Shown piece after piece: positions 26,888 through 36,789 of a stretch of 64,000 bases of DNA. The translations under genes and the position numbers were made by a program. Source of the DNA: Deltaproteobacteria bacterium (GTDB lineage: Bacteria; Desulfobacterota; JAFDED01); the NCBI GenBank assembly GCA_019310535.1, contig JAFDED010000009.1:65621-129620 (forward strand), read 5' to 3'. Every line of letters starts with the position of its first letter. Position 1 is the first letter of the stretch. The notes beneath the pieces are model-generated. The model did not search any database. It saw only the letters and a program-made list of their open reading frames with translations, and was not told where the DNA came from.

Positions 26888-27006
26888 GAGAAGATATCCT
26901 TTATGACAAATTGAAATAGTCTTACTCGATCTTAATTAAAAGGAAATAAGCATCGTTAAAAAATCATCATACTCTGTCCACTCAAAACATAATCGTCAAG
27001 GCCATA

Positions 27007-27555
27007 TCAATAATCCACGGGAACAGCCAGTGTTTCCTCTTGAAATTCTTTATCCAAATCTTCTTGATAATAAAAAGCCATTATTTCACGAAGCGCTAAA
27101 TAAAGAGTCTGAATAAATATTAAAAAAGAACCCAAAGGGATTCCTAAATAAAACCAAAAATACGAAATAGTGAGATACGTTGAAGTTTGTGCCTTCCCAA
27201 AAACACTAAGTTTCCAGCCCCATATGGTTAAGCCGTAGAGAAAAAACATGACAATAATAAATCCAGCTAATTTAAGAATATGTCTCAAACGATAGTGTGC
27301 AAGGTTAATAACAGCAGTAAGTCCGATATGAAGAGCTCTTCTTGATACTAAAGCAGCCCCGGAAAAAGTCATCCAGACTAATAAAAGTCTCGAAAATTCT
27401 TCTGACCAGCTCAACCCGCTTCTTAATACATAATTACAAAAAACCTGTGCCATAACATTCACAAACATGGTGAGTGTCAGCCCGACGCAAAAGTACTTCG
27501 TTCCTATATCCAGCAACCAGGCAAATTTATAATACATTTTAACCAGGCGAATCAT
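27007..27555 (-). CDS. dctQ: TRAP transporter small permease (DctQ family), second system
   Basis: 182 aa with four hydrophobic segments. Lies between the dctP and dctM homologs. Confidence 0.8.
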   Translation of the reverse strand: MIRLVKMYYKFAWLLDIGTKYFCVGLTLTMFVNVMAQVFCNYVLRSGLSWSEEFSRLLLVWMTFSGAALVSRRALHIGLTAVINLAHYRLRHILKLAGFIIVMFFLYGLTIWGWKLSVFGKAQTSTYLTISYFWFYLGIPLGSFLIFIQTLYLALREIMAFYYQEDLDKEFQEETLAVPVDY

Positions 27556-27849
27556 GAATGTATACCTTCCTCTCCACTATCGCTAATGGCCGACTTCATC
27601 CTCACATAAACCAGTGCTTTGCTCAAAGAGACAATCGCCTTTTTACCGAGATTTTTTTGCACTATGCAGGATATCGGCAACACTCTGCGGGCCATGGGGG
27701 CGAGTTCCTATGATTCCTCTGCGAATCGGTTTAACAATCAAAGTCGCTTAACTCTCTCCATTCACCGGGGCAGGGATGATGTGATAAAATGCCCAGTCAC
27801 CCAGGAGGATCATGCAGATCATGAATGGCGACTGGGCAATTGCATCCAC

Positions 27850-28905
27850 TTATAAGCGCTCTTTAACCTCTTTATCCCATTCGGCTTGTGCTTCTTTCAC
27901 GGCGTTCAGGAACTTATCCAGCCATTTCTGTCCAACTTCTTTTTTAATCCATTTAAGGTATGGTGGTTGTCCTAATTTCTTGAATTCCCTGCGCTGGGCT
28001 TCGGAGAGGTAATTAACTTTCATTCCACTCTTCTTGAAGATCTGAATGGCTTCCAATTCAGATGAACGACTGAATCCTGTTGCAGCTCGATCGGCTTGAT
28101 CAGCGGCTTTCAGAATTACAGCCTGATACTTTTCAGGGAGTTTCTTAAAATATGCATCATTGATTAACAGCGGTTGAATGTTGTATGCATGTCTACTGAT
28201 GGTAAGATACTTCTGAACCTCGTTCAGTTTAATCACAACGCCTGATTGAATCTCTGTTTCGGAGCCCTCGGCCACGCCTGTCTGAAGAGAGGTGTAAAGT
28301 TCATTCCAAGGAATGGTCACCGGGGAGGCGCCTACCCCACGGAACAATAAAAGAAGTCCCTTATTTTCCGGAACTCTCAGTTTCATCCCCTTCATGTCCG
28401 CAGGCGTGAAAATAGGTTTATTGCTATAAAACTGCCGAAATCCGCAACCATCTGCCCAGTTCAACACTCGGATTCCGGTTTCTTTGCGAACATCTTCCGC
28501 AAGTTCCTTCCCAAATTTTCCTCTCAGCACTCTGATTGCTATTTCCTCATTTGGGAAAACAAAAGGAATTTGGAGCAAGGCAACCTTCTTGGAAAATATG
28601 GTAAAAACAGAGGTATAGGTTATTGTCGACTGAATCGCGCCCATCTGGGTCGATTCCATCATTTCACGAGTATCGCCCAATTGGAAATTCGGATAAATCT
28701 TGACCTCTATATCGCCATTTGACAGGCTTTCAACATACTGCTTAAAGACATAAGCGTTGACAACAGGTGGATCGCCCGGATATTTGTCGATACTGAAATG
28801 TCCAAGCTTAATAACATATTTTTTCGCTTGAACAAAAGAAGGATTAGTCAGAACAAATACAGCAGCAAGAACCAGAATAAACACAAAAATCACTCTTCGT
28901 TTCAT
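27850..28905 (-). CDS. dctP: TRAP transporter substrate-binding protein (DctP family), second system
   Basis: ATG at 28905 is preceded by AGGAGGG with a 5-nt spacer. Signal peptide MKRRVIFVFILVLAAVFVL. DctP-like core. Confidence 0.85.
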   Translation of the reverse strand: MKRRVIFVFILVLAAVFVLTNPSFVQAKKYVIKLGHFSIDKYPGDPPVVNAYVFKQYVESLSNGDIEVKIYPNFQLGDTREMMESTQMGAIQSTITYTSVFTIFSKKVALLQIPFVFPNEEIAIRVLRGKFGKELAEDVRKETGIRVLNWADGCGFRQFYSNKPIFTPADMKGMKLRVPENKGLLLLFRGVGASPVTIPWNELYTSLQTGVAEGSETEIQSGVVIKLNEVQKYLTISRHAYNIQPLLINDAYFKKLPEKYQAVILKAADQADRAATGFSRSSELEAIQIFKKSGMKVNYLSEAQRREFKKLGQPPYLKWIKKEVGQKWLDKFLNAVKEAQAEWDKEVKERL

Positions 28906-29333
28906 TTGTACCCTCCTATTTATCATCTTTTAAATAAACGCAATTCTCGCCAATCCTTTCAACATGCTTCCAAAAAATTTATTCCATTCTAATTACACCC
29001 CCTTTCTCAACGACAAACTCTCACGTTGTGAAAGACTCAAATTAGCTAAATAGAAACTTTCAAACGGTTCTTGGTGAGCGGCTCCTCCAGGCCTTCCACC
29101 CAGCCGGCTGCTGCACCCGGGCAATAAACCAAAAGCTTGGCTGTAACAGACGGGGTCCCGTGCCAGCCAATGCCGCCACTTTAACAGAAAGCTGCAAAAC
29201 TGCCTCAATGCCGGTTAGTCCAAGCACGTCAATCAGTTCTTCGATGGCCGGTTGCTGATCTTCGTTCGATTCCTCCATCGGCAGCATCAGAAACCTCCCA
29301 CCTCTAACGAGTAACGCGGTGAGTTTCCCTTAA

Positions 29334-29368
29334 GGTGTACCTCTTTGTCAAGACAAAAATCAGGCTTT
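29334..29368 (+). repeat. Direct repeat of the putative IS end (GGTGTACCTCTTTGTCAAGACAAAAATCAGGCTTT)
   Basis: Matches 25496-25530 in the same orientation with a few substitutions. On the minus strand it lies 46 nt upstream of the 75-aa ORF 29060-29287, a possible truncated transposase N-terminus (unverified). Confidence 0.7.
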
Positions 29369-29521
29369 TTTAAGGTGGACTCCCTACCGGGTTGAGCGCC
29401 TCGGCCGGATCGGCGGCGCGTCGAGAATGGGCCTTCCAGAGAACCCGTCGGGGGTGCGCCGCAGCAGCAGGGCGATCCGCTCCTTCACTGACGTTTCTTG
29501 CACGACTTGTGGAATTTGTCC

Positions 29522-29746
29522 TCATCGGTCCGCTCCAGCATAAACAATGGCTGACGTCACATATCCCGGCGCTTGATGTGGTCTTTGCTCATTGTAAAAT
29601 CTGAAATAGGCTCTCAGCCCCATGGCGGCCTCTTTACCGCTTTTACGCACTGATGTTTCGTTCGGATCACGAAGCGACAAGAGGATCGGCCCTGCTCCGA
29701 AGCAGTGATGTTTGGCATTGCCGCTGAAAGGCCGGGTGGAGGCCAT
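29522..29746 (-). pseudogene. C-terminal relic of an rve-type (IS3-like) transposase
   Basis: The ORF ends ...GLRAYFRFYNEQRPHQAPGYVTSAIVYAGADR*, the conserved C-terminal YN..RPHQ.LGY.TP..VY region of DDE integrase-type transposases. No upstream catalytic domain is present. Confidence 0.6.
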
Positions 29747-29832
29747 CCTCCGGATGGACTGTCACCTCCTCTCTTTGCCGCCATATAAGTCCCGTCCCGA
29801 GACTCCCGGCTTTTCCGCCGCCCTCGTCCTTT

Positions 29833-31137
29833 TTACCTGTTCTGCCGATTCTTTACCCGCCCCGGCACCAGCCTCACGTTTCGCGGAGCCGCCAGCCAGA
29901 TGGCGGCGCATGCCACTGCGAGAAGCGCCGCGGACAGGATAAAAGCGGGCATGTAGTTGCCGGTGAATTCAAAGATCCAGCCGCCCAGCCAGGGTCCTAT
30001 GGTGCCCCCCATGGCGAAACTGAACCAGACAAAGCCGATGACAGACCCAACCATCGGCCCCTGGAAGATGTCGGTGAGGGAGGCCGTTATGGTGGGAGAG
30101 ATCATCCCAAGGCCGAATCCCAGGCTGATGGCATAGCAGTAAAGCATCCATGGGTGGGAGGTATCCTTAATGAGCATCAGGACCAGTATGCCCGCGATAC
30201 CTATGGCGGCTCCTATGGTAAATGTCGGCTCACGCCCGATCCGATCGGAGATAATAGCTGCCAGGGATCCTAAGGCAAACATAATGCCGAAAAGGGATAT
30301 AACCGATGACGCATAGAGCTTTGAATAGCCCGCATCAATAGCGAACGCCACGTGATGGGCCACCATGATATGCTGAGCTATGCCCCATACGGAGAAGGTC
30401 ATCAGGCATAGCAGCCAGAAACGGCTGGTCCTTGCGGCCTTGGACAGCGTCCAATCCACCGCGGCCCAGGCCCCATTCGTAATCCGCAGCGTCTCATTCA
30501 CGGATGCCGGAGAAGGATCGCCGGCTTCGACAACGCCGTCGCGTACAAGGCCTTTCTCCCTGGGATGATACCGCATGACAAACGCTATCAGAGGCAGCAC
30601 GACAGCGGTGATGATGAGGGCCTCCACCACAAAAGTGTTGCGCCAGCCTGTGCGATTGATCAGGAAAGCGATGGCGGGATAGGTGGCAAAGGAGCCCCCC
30701 ACGCCGCAGTGCACCAGCGAGAAGGCAAGGCCTCGCTTTCTTTCAAACCAATTCCTCAGTACAGCGGTGATGGGGACTGAACCCATAAGACAGAGACCGG
30801 CCCCGCTCAGGACTCCAAAGCTGAGATAAAAGTGCCACGGCTCGCTTCCCCAACGGGAGAGGAACATGCCCAGGGACAGCAGCATGGTCCCGAAGGCCAT
30901 GGTTTTGCGCGGACCTATCCTGTCTACCAGGCCACCTGCCACGGGTGAAACAAGACCATAGAACAGTAAGTGAACAGAGAGCATGCCGGCCGTTGCGTCT
31001 CTGGGCCAATGAAATTCCTCCAGGAGTGAAGGGAAGATAACGGAAAAGGAATATCGGGCGCTATAAGCCAAGGCCTTTACGATAAGGCTGGTAGCCACTA
31101 TAATCCAGCCGTAGAAAATGACAGGGTGTTTTTTCAT
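29833..31137 (-). CDS. MFS transporter
   Basis: About 12 hydrophobic segments. I prefer the MKKHPVIFYGWIIV start at ATG 31137; the track start at 31194 is a TTG. Confidence 0.8.
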   Translation of the reverse strand: MKKHPVIFYGWIIVATSLIVKALAYSARYSFSVIFPSLLEEFHWPRDATAGMLSVHLLFYGLVSPVAGGLVDRIGPRKTMAFGTMLLSLGMFLSRWGSEPWHFYLSFGVLSGAGLCLMGSVPITAVLRNWFERKRGLAFSLVHCGVGGSFATYPAIAFLINRTGWRNTFVVEALIITAVVLPLIAFVMRYHPREKGLVRDGVVEAGDPSPASVNETLRITNGAWAAVDWTLSKAARTSRFWLLCLMTFSVWGIAQHIMVAHHVAFAIDAGYSKLYASSVISLFGIMFALGSLAAIISDRIGREPTFTIGAAIGIAGILVLMLIKDTSHPWMLYCYAISLGFGLGMISPTITASLTDIFQGPMVGSVIGFVWFSFAMGGTIGPWLGGWIFEFTGNYMPAFILSAALLAVACAAIWLAAPRNVRLVPGRVKNRQNR

Positions 31138-31342
31138 GGGTGATGATATTTTCTGTTTCTCAAGATTGGCGAGAGCGGTCAAACTTCTGCACAATACAGC
31201 ATGGCATTAAATGCAGAATCCATCGGCAAGCGATCGGCGCGGACCACTTGCCTTGCCGGCGGCCGCCCGCCCGGAGTCCGGGCCGCAAAGCGATGGGTTG
31301 CTCGGCATTGCACCTTTAAAGACAGCGAAAAGACGCCCTTTC

Positions 31343-31388
31343 TTGCTGCAATGCAGCCCGGACAAATGAATTGTCCGGGCCACCCGCG
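31343..31388 (+). repeat. Hairpin repeat family A, copy 2
   Basis: TTGCTGCAATGCAGCCCGGACAAATGAATTGTCCGGGCCACCCGCG aligns with 71-120 and 47258-47311. Confidence 0.8.
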
Positions 31389-31681
31389 TTAGTTGTATTA
31401 AACTATTGTATGAAAATTTTAACTGGAAATCAACTTATTAGTATGCGTTCGCCTTGTGGAAGGTATTTACAATAAAGGCGGGCGGCGTGAAAAACGGCGT
31501 TGGGAGAGTAAAGGCTCAACGTAAGACATCCCCGCAGCAAGGCGACCGGGATGATCGGCGTATTTCTTCTCATGTTCACGAATCCATACCCCATCGCCCC
31601 GCGGCACGGCCCGGACAAATACATCACCAGGCCGACCCCCTCAGCCCCTGGCAGGCAATGACAAAACCCCGCTTCAAAACG

Positions 31682-32467
31682 TTAAGGCACAGTAAATCCG
31701 GTTTGCCAGGTAAAGAAACTGTCAAAGCTTCCCGCAGGTGTGACGGCTAAAAACAGCTCGTATGTGCCTGGAGGAAGAACTGAAAGAGGTAAATCTAAAT
31801 CGCCAAAAACGTTTACCGTTATATCACCGGGCGTGTTGGTCATCCACGGCACAAGGCCATCTGAAAGAAGCTGGATCGTATTGTCGGATGTCAGGATGAA
31901 AAAGTCATCAGGAACCAACGACGGGGCAAAAATGGCGAAATAGACATCCACCTCGCCGGCAAAACCGCCGAGATCCACGCTGATTTTGAACGTATCCCCA
32001 TTATCCGCCACAGCACCGACCCCGATGGGCCTTGCCATAGATGGGTCCTGGTTTCTTGAGGGCATGTTCGACGCATCATACGAAAAAATATCCTGGCCTG
32101 TGGGAAGAGGCGCGGCGGCGCTTTGCACCGTTACCGTTCCCGTCATTCCGGCCAAGACATGGAATCTGCAAAAATACGGGAATGTTCCGACCTGGTTAAA
32201 CCTGAAGGAAAACGTATCGCCTTGCGACATGGTTCCTGAATCCCATATTCCATTAAAGGCGCCCGATGTTCCACTGGTGGTCGTGTGAAGTAATGACCCC
32301 TCGTTTGTCCAACGGACCGTATCTCCCACATTGATGGTGATATCGCTCCGCAGAAAAAAACTATCTCTCATAGCCACGTCAATGGTGGCGGCAATGGAGT
32401 TTGTGCTGAAAACACACCATAACACCACCGGTACGACGAAGGACAGTGCTCTCGTCTTCATTTCCAT
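31682..32467 (-). CDS. Secreted cupredoxin (plastocyanin/azurin-like type-1 copper domain) plus a C-terminal domain shared with the M23 peptidase at 36790-37836
   Basis: Signal peptide present. The cupredoxin ligand pattern is H (LLHTTTSG) ... YFCRFHVLAGM (Cys-His-Met). The C-terminal about 140 aa align by eye with residues about 35-175 of the 348-aa protein. Confidence 0.75.
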   Translation of the reverse strand: MEMKTRALSFVVPVVLWCVFSTNSIAATIDVAMRDSFFLRSDITINVGDTVRWTNEGSLLHTTTSGTSGAFNGIWDSGTMSQGDTFSFRFNQVGTFPYFCRFHVLAGMTGTVTVQSAAAPLPTGQDIFSYDASNMPSRNQDPSMARPIGVGAVADNGDTFKISVDLGGFAGEVDVYFAIFAPSLVPDDFFILTSDNTIQLLSDGLVPWMTNTPGDITVNVFGDLDLPLSVLPPGTYELFLAVTPAGSFDSFFTWQTGFTVP

Positions 32468-32688
32468 TCTCCCTTTGTGTGCTGGGTTGCCACATCTTTA
32501 CTGTGAACTGATCTCATGCGCAAAGCGCATTCCCCCCTGGCGGAATGACACGTTTAAGTTTCTATGTCTCTTAAATAAGTACAACAATTATAATTGTCAA
32601 GTAATGTTATCAAGAATAATGATTTCACCCGGGCCTGTTGACTTTTCCCTTCCGGTCTTGCATTATGGAAAACAGGAGGTGATGGATT

Positions 32689-33492
32689 TTGGACCAGGCC
32701 GGGCGTGATATAGAGCGGGCCGCTGAGCTTATCTTCCAGTCTCAGAGGATTGTGGTGTTCACCGGCGCGGGCGTCAGCACGGAGTCGGGCATCCCGGACT
32801 TTCGGAGCCCGGGGGGTATCTGGACCACGTTTGAACCGGAGGACTTTACCATCCAGAGATTTCTCTCCTCGCCTGAGACCCGCATCAAGATATGGACCTT
32901 GGGGAGGGCATTCAAGTTCCAGCAGGCCTTTCCCAACGCAGCCCACCATGCCATCGTCGATATAGAAAAGATGGGAAAGCTTTCAGCCGTCATCACACAG
33001 AACATAGACAATCTGCATCAGCGAGCCGGCAATCGCCCGACGCTGGTGGTCGAGCTTCACGGCAACATGCAGGAAGTGGTGTGCACGTCCTGCCGGGCCC
33101 TGTGGAGCTGGGAGCAGGTGGAGCAGAGGGTTCTGGCCGGCGAAGGGGACCCGCGATGCAAACAATGCGGGGGCATCCTCAAGCCCAACGCCGTCTTCTT
33201 CGGAGAGCCGCTGCCGGTGCACGCTTTCATGAAGGCACATGAAAAATCCTGCCGGTGCGACCTTTTCGTGGTGATTGGCTCATCCCTCGTCGTCTATCCC
33301 GCTGCTGAAATGCCCAGGTACGCCAAGTCCAACGGCGCAAAACTGATGATCATCAACCTGAGCGATACGGATCAAGACTACTTGGCGGACATGAGCATCA
33401 AGGGCAGTGCGGGGGAAGTAATGCCCCGCATCATCAACGCTGTCGAAAAGAGAATGAAATCAGCGGTTGAAAGCCATCTCACATCACTTTGA
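32689..33492 (+). CDS. cobB: NAD-dependent protein deacylase (Sir2/CobB family)
   Basis: Motifs GAGVSTESGIPDFRSPGGIW, QNIDNLH and a CTSC...CKQCGG zinc ribbon. TTG start with AGGAGG about 10 nt upstream. Confidence 0.85.
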   Translation: MDQAGRDIERAAELIFQSQRIVVFTGAGVSTESGIPDFRSPGGIWTTFEPEDFTIQRFLSSPETRIKIWTLGRAFKFQQAFPNAAHHAIVDIEKMGKLSAVITQNIDNLHQRAGNRPTLVVELHGNMQEVVCTSCRALWSWEQVEQRVLAGEGDPRCKQCGGILKPNAVFFGEPLPVHAFMKAHEKSCRCDLFVVIGSSLVVYPAAEMPRYAKSNGAKLMIINLSDTDQDYLADMSIKGSAGEVMPRIINAVEKRMKSAVESHLTSL

Positions 33493-33727
33493 TCCACTCT
33501 GCCCGGGCAGTAATTCCCCCCGGTGGGCAAACCAGGTGTGGTGAAAAGGGCTGTGCCCGCCGAAATAATGCACTCCCGATTCATAGCGTATTTGAATCGG
33601 AATTCATCGCCGATTCCAGCCGCGAAATCCAAAAAATCAGACAAAATACTGAAAGACGATATCAAAGCGCCGACCTTGAAGGTATAACATCAAATCCCGC
33701 AGGCACCCTGAATAATCGATGACAACA

Positions 33728-34126
33728 CTAGACCGCAGCTACCGCATTTATCTCGATGAGCGCATCGGGATGGACGAAACCTTTGACTTCAACCAACGTG
33801 CTTGTCGGATACGGTTTCTGGAAATACTTCAGCCGGATATCATGGATGGTTTTCAAGTTACTCATCTCTTTCACAAACACGGTCACCTGAACGACGTCGG
33901 CCAGTGATGCCTCCAGCTTTTTCAACGCGGATTGAATATTTTTGATGCATTGTTCGGTCTGCAGCCCGATGTCCCCTTTGCCGACGAACCGCTCATGTTC
34001 GTCGAAGGCGAGTTGACCTGAGACCCATATAAGTCGCCTGGCCTGGGATACGTCAAGCGCCATCGCAGTGCAGTAAGCCACATTGAACCCCACAGACCTG
34101 GTGAACGGGATACTTTCTTTTTTCAT
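33728..34126 (-). CDS. RidA/YjgF family protein
   Basis: 132 aa. The pattern SGQLAFD...IGLQTEQCIKNIQ...VQVTVFV...EINAVA is typical of the family. Confidence 0.8.
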   Translation of the reverse strand: MKKESIPFTRSVGFNVAYCTAMALDVSQARRLIWVSGQLAFDEHERFVGKGDIGLQTEQCIKNIQSALKKLEASLADVVQVTVFVKEMSNLKTIHDIRLKYFQKPYPTSTLVEVKGFVHPDALIEINAVAAV

Positions 34127-34213
34127 CGCGCATCTCCCAATCTTCTATGTCATTCACAGGGATATAAGCCTGCCGTGAAACTTTTTCCGTTTTTGTGCCG
34201 GCGATTATCCAGT

Positions 34214-35203
34214 TCACGGCCCGCCATCACCGGTTTGAGACAAGTCGGTAAAGCGGCCGGAGCGGACGGCGGCGAACAGGTAGGTTGTCACGTAGCTGCG
34301 GAACGGCGACCAGCGGCGGGAATAGGCCAGCGCAGCATCGGCGTCGAGGGGGCTTCCCGCGTTGAGCAGCGATCCCATGGTTCGCAGGAGAGCCAGGTCG
34401 CCATGGGGAAAGCCGTCGGTGCGGCCGAGGGCGCGGATCAAGAGCCACTGGGCTGTCCACGGGCCCACGCCGCGAAGGCCGGTGAGCGTGCGGATAACAT
34501 CCTCGTCAGGCTTTCTCCGCAGGCTCTCCAGGTCCAGTTCTCCCGAAGCCACACCGGCTGCAATTTCCGCGATGTACCGGGCTTTTCTGCTGGAGAGTTT
34601 GATGGAGCGAAGGCCTTCCGCACCCGCCGCCATAAGGGCCTGGGGTCTCGGAAAGGCGTGGTACGTAACCGCAGACACCTCTAAAGAGGGCCCATACGTC
34701 TGAATCAGCAGGGTCCGCAGCATGCGCGCCACATGTGAGCTGATCTGCTGTCCCAGGATGGCCAAAACAAGAGCCTCGTATACGGACACGGTGTTGGGGA
34801 CGTGCAGTCCCCTTAGCCCCCGGGCCAGCCGGGCCAGCATGGGATCCTCGAAGGCCATGCCGTAGAAAGGAGCCATGTCCTGGTCGGCTCCCAGTATGCG
34901 TGCCACCAATCGCCGGGCTTCGGACACAACCGTCTCATCCAGAGCCGCGCCCTGTACCTCCAGCTCCAGGAGGGGCGAATCAATCGTGCCCGTGGAACGA
35001 ACACTGACAAGGCAGAGGCGGTCCCCGAAGTCCAGCAACCGCCGGAAGACATTATCCCGGAATGACTCGGCACCGTAGTGGCCGCGGAAATACGTGGCAT
35101 AGGCCGCGGTAAGGTCAAAATCATACGGCGGAATAGGCCTCAGTGTGGTGACAGCTCGTTCCATGAGTCGATCCAAACGATACATTGCATGTAATCGTGC
35201 CAC
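34214..35203 (-). CDS. alkA: DNA-3-methyladenine glycosylase II family (HhH-GPD, AlkA-like)
   Basis: Carries the HhH-GPD motif LRGVGPWTAQWLLIRALGRTDGFPHGDLAL. Adjacent to ogt. Confidence 0.75.
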   Translation of the reverse strand: MARLHAMYRLDRLMERAVTTLRPIPPYDFDLTAAYATYFRGHYGAESFRDNVFRRLLDFGDRLCLVSVRSTGTIDSPLLELEVQGAALDETVVSEARRLVARILGADQDMAPFYGMAFEDPMLARLARGLRGLHVPNTVSVYEALVLAILGQQISSHVARMLRTLLIQTYGPSLEVSAVTYHAFPRPQALMAAGAEGLRSIKLSSRKARYIAEIAAGVASGELDLESLRRKPDEDVIRTLTGLRGVGPWTAQWLLIRALGRTDGFPHGDLALLRTMGSLLNAGSPLDADAALAYSRRWSPFRSYVTTYLFAAVRSGRFTDLSQTGDGGP

Positions 35204-35241
35204 TGTGTCGCGGGCGGCGGACCTGAAGAATGTCTCGCGGG

Positions 35242-35802
35242 CTACTTCGGAGAGACCTCCAACACCTTGCGGGCCTCAAGGTCCAGAAGGGCCTTCTTCC
35301 TGTGCAGTCCGCCCGCATAGCCCGTCAGCTTGCCGTTTGACCCTATCACCCGATGGCAGGGCACCACAATGGCCGCAGGATTGCTCCCGTTGGCGCGGCC
35401 CACGGCCCTGGCGGCGTTCGGACGGCCAAGGGCTTCAGCGAGCTGGCGGTAGGTGCGGGTCTCCCCGAAGGGAATGCCGCATAAAAGCTTCCACACACGG
35501 CGCTGGAATGGAGTGCCGCGCAGGTCAAGGGGTATGGTGAACTGTCTGAGTCTCCCAGCGAAATATGCGTCCAACTGGAGCGCCAACGCACGATTGTGTG
35601 CGTCATCGTATCGTAACTCGATATTTCCGCGCTCCCACCGTGAGATGCGGGAAGGGGCCTCCTCCTCGGACGCCACGCAGACGACTCCCCGTTGCGAGCC
35701 GGCCAGGAGATATGTGCCCAGCGGACTGTGATAGTGCGTCAAAAAGAAGGTTTCCGGGGCGGCGCCGGGCCCGTCGGGTGTATATACAATTTTGTTATGC
35801 AT
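35242..35802 (-). CDS. ogt: Methylated-DNA--protein-cysteine methyltransferase
   Basis: Active-site motif [21 protein letters not shown], preceded by an HTH region. Confidence 0.85.
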   Translation of the reverse strand: MHNKIVYTPDGPGAAPETFFLTHYHSPLGTYLLAGSQRGVVCVASEEEAPSRISRWERGNIELRYDDAHNRALALQLDAYFAGRLRQFTIPLDLRGTPFQRRVWKLLCGIPFGETRTYRQLAEALGRPNAARAVGRANGSNPAAIVVPCHRVIGSNGKLTGYAGGLHRKKALLDLEARKVLEVSPK

Positions 35803-36661
35803 ATGTTAAAACCAAACCCCCGTCAAACAGGAGATCTCCTCCTATCAGGTATTTAGAATGACGTGAAAATCCGAAGATGAACAGGTTCGCCACTTCGATG
35901 GGAGACATCATCTCTTTAATGCGGGATTTACCCATCATAACATCACGCACAACCTCTTTTTGTGTTATACCGCGCTGTTTCGCCTGGTCAGGGACTTGGG
36001 CCAGCGCCAGATGCGTCTTTACAAAACCGGTGCTCAGGGAGAACGAACGAATCTTGCCCTCTCCTTCTGCGGCAATCGACTGGGTGAGAGCTCTCAGACC
36101 GAACTTGGCGATGTTGTAAACCGGCTTGTTGACGGTGCAGACATGGGCGTGTATGGAGGCCATGTTGCCGATGACTCCCGTCCCGTCGCTGCTTCTCTTC
36201 ATGTGCGGAATAGACAATTTAGACAGGTAAAATGGTGCTCTCAGCATAATCCGCTGCATGAAATCATATTTTTCCATGGGGAAATTTTCTATGGAATCAA
36301 TATGCTGAATCCCGGCTATATTGGCCAAATACTTGATCCCGCCATGCTTTGCCGCCTCTGACACGGCATGCTCGATATCCTCGTCTCGCGCGAGATCGGT
36401 CTTGATAAAGATCATCTCCCCGCCCATCTCCCGGGCAATAGCCCGGGTCTCCTTCCCTCCCTCTTCATCGATATCCAGACCCACGGTCATGAGCCCATTC
36501 GCCGCCGCCGCAACAGCCGCGGCCCTGCCGATCCCGCTTGAAGCGCCGGTAACAATGCAGACATTATTGGAATTGAAATTCCTATCGATCAAGAACAGTA
36601 TGTCTTCCCGAACGATTTCCGGCTCCTGAATCTCAATCTCCACGTTATCTCCATCCTCCAT
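35795..36661 (-). CDS. SDR family oxidoreductase (3-hydroxybutyrate dehydrogenase-like)
   Basis: Motif [10 protein letters not shown] and a classical SDR core. I prefer the ATG at 36661; the longer track ORF begins inside a G-rich repeat. Confidence 0.8.
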   Translation of the reverse strand: MEDGDNVEIEIQEPEIVREDILFLIDRNFNSNNVCIVTGASSGIGRAAAVAAAANGLMTVGLDIDEEGGKETRAIAREMGGEMIFIKTDLARDEDIEHAVSEAAKHGGIKYLANIAGIQHIDSIENFPMEKYDFMQRIMLRAPFYLSKLSIPHMKRSSDGTGVIGNMASIHAHVCTVNKPVYNIAKFGLRALTQSIAAEGEGKIRSFSLSTGFVKTHLALAQVPDQAKQRGITQKEVVRDVMMGKSRIKEMMSPIEVANLFIFGFSRHSKYLIGGDLLFDGGLVLTYA

Positions 36662-36706
36662 CACTCTATATATGGTCGGGATATTCTTTAATCCAGCTGA
36701 ATTATT

Positions 36707-36750
36707 CCCCCTCCCCCCCGATTGCGGGGGAGAGAGCCGGGGTGAGGGGG
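36707..36750 (+). repeat. C/G-tract element (CCCCCTCCCCCCCGATTGCGGGGGAGAGAGCCGGGGTGAGGGGG)
   Basis: Seen directly. A similar element lies in the same orientation at 37985-38030, on the other side of the M23 gene. Confidence 0.7.
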
Positions 36751-36789
36751 TTCCAACGCAGGGGCACAGCACGCTGTGCCCTTAAACCG

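Noticed and set aside
28993-29287. 75-aa and 71-aa overlapping minus-strand ORFs considered as the N-terminus of an ISL3 transposase.
   Set aside because: Their position behind the repeated putative IS end is suggestive, but I could not recognise the ISL3 zinc-finger or HTH motifs with confidence. It is mentioned in a finding and not annotated as a gene.
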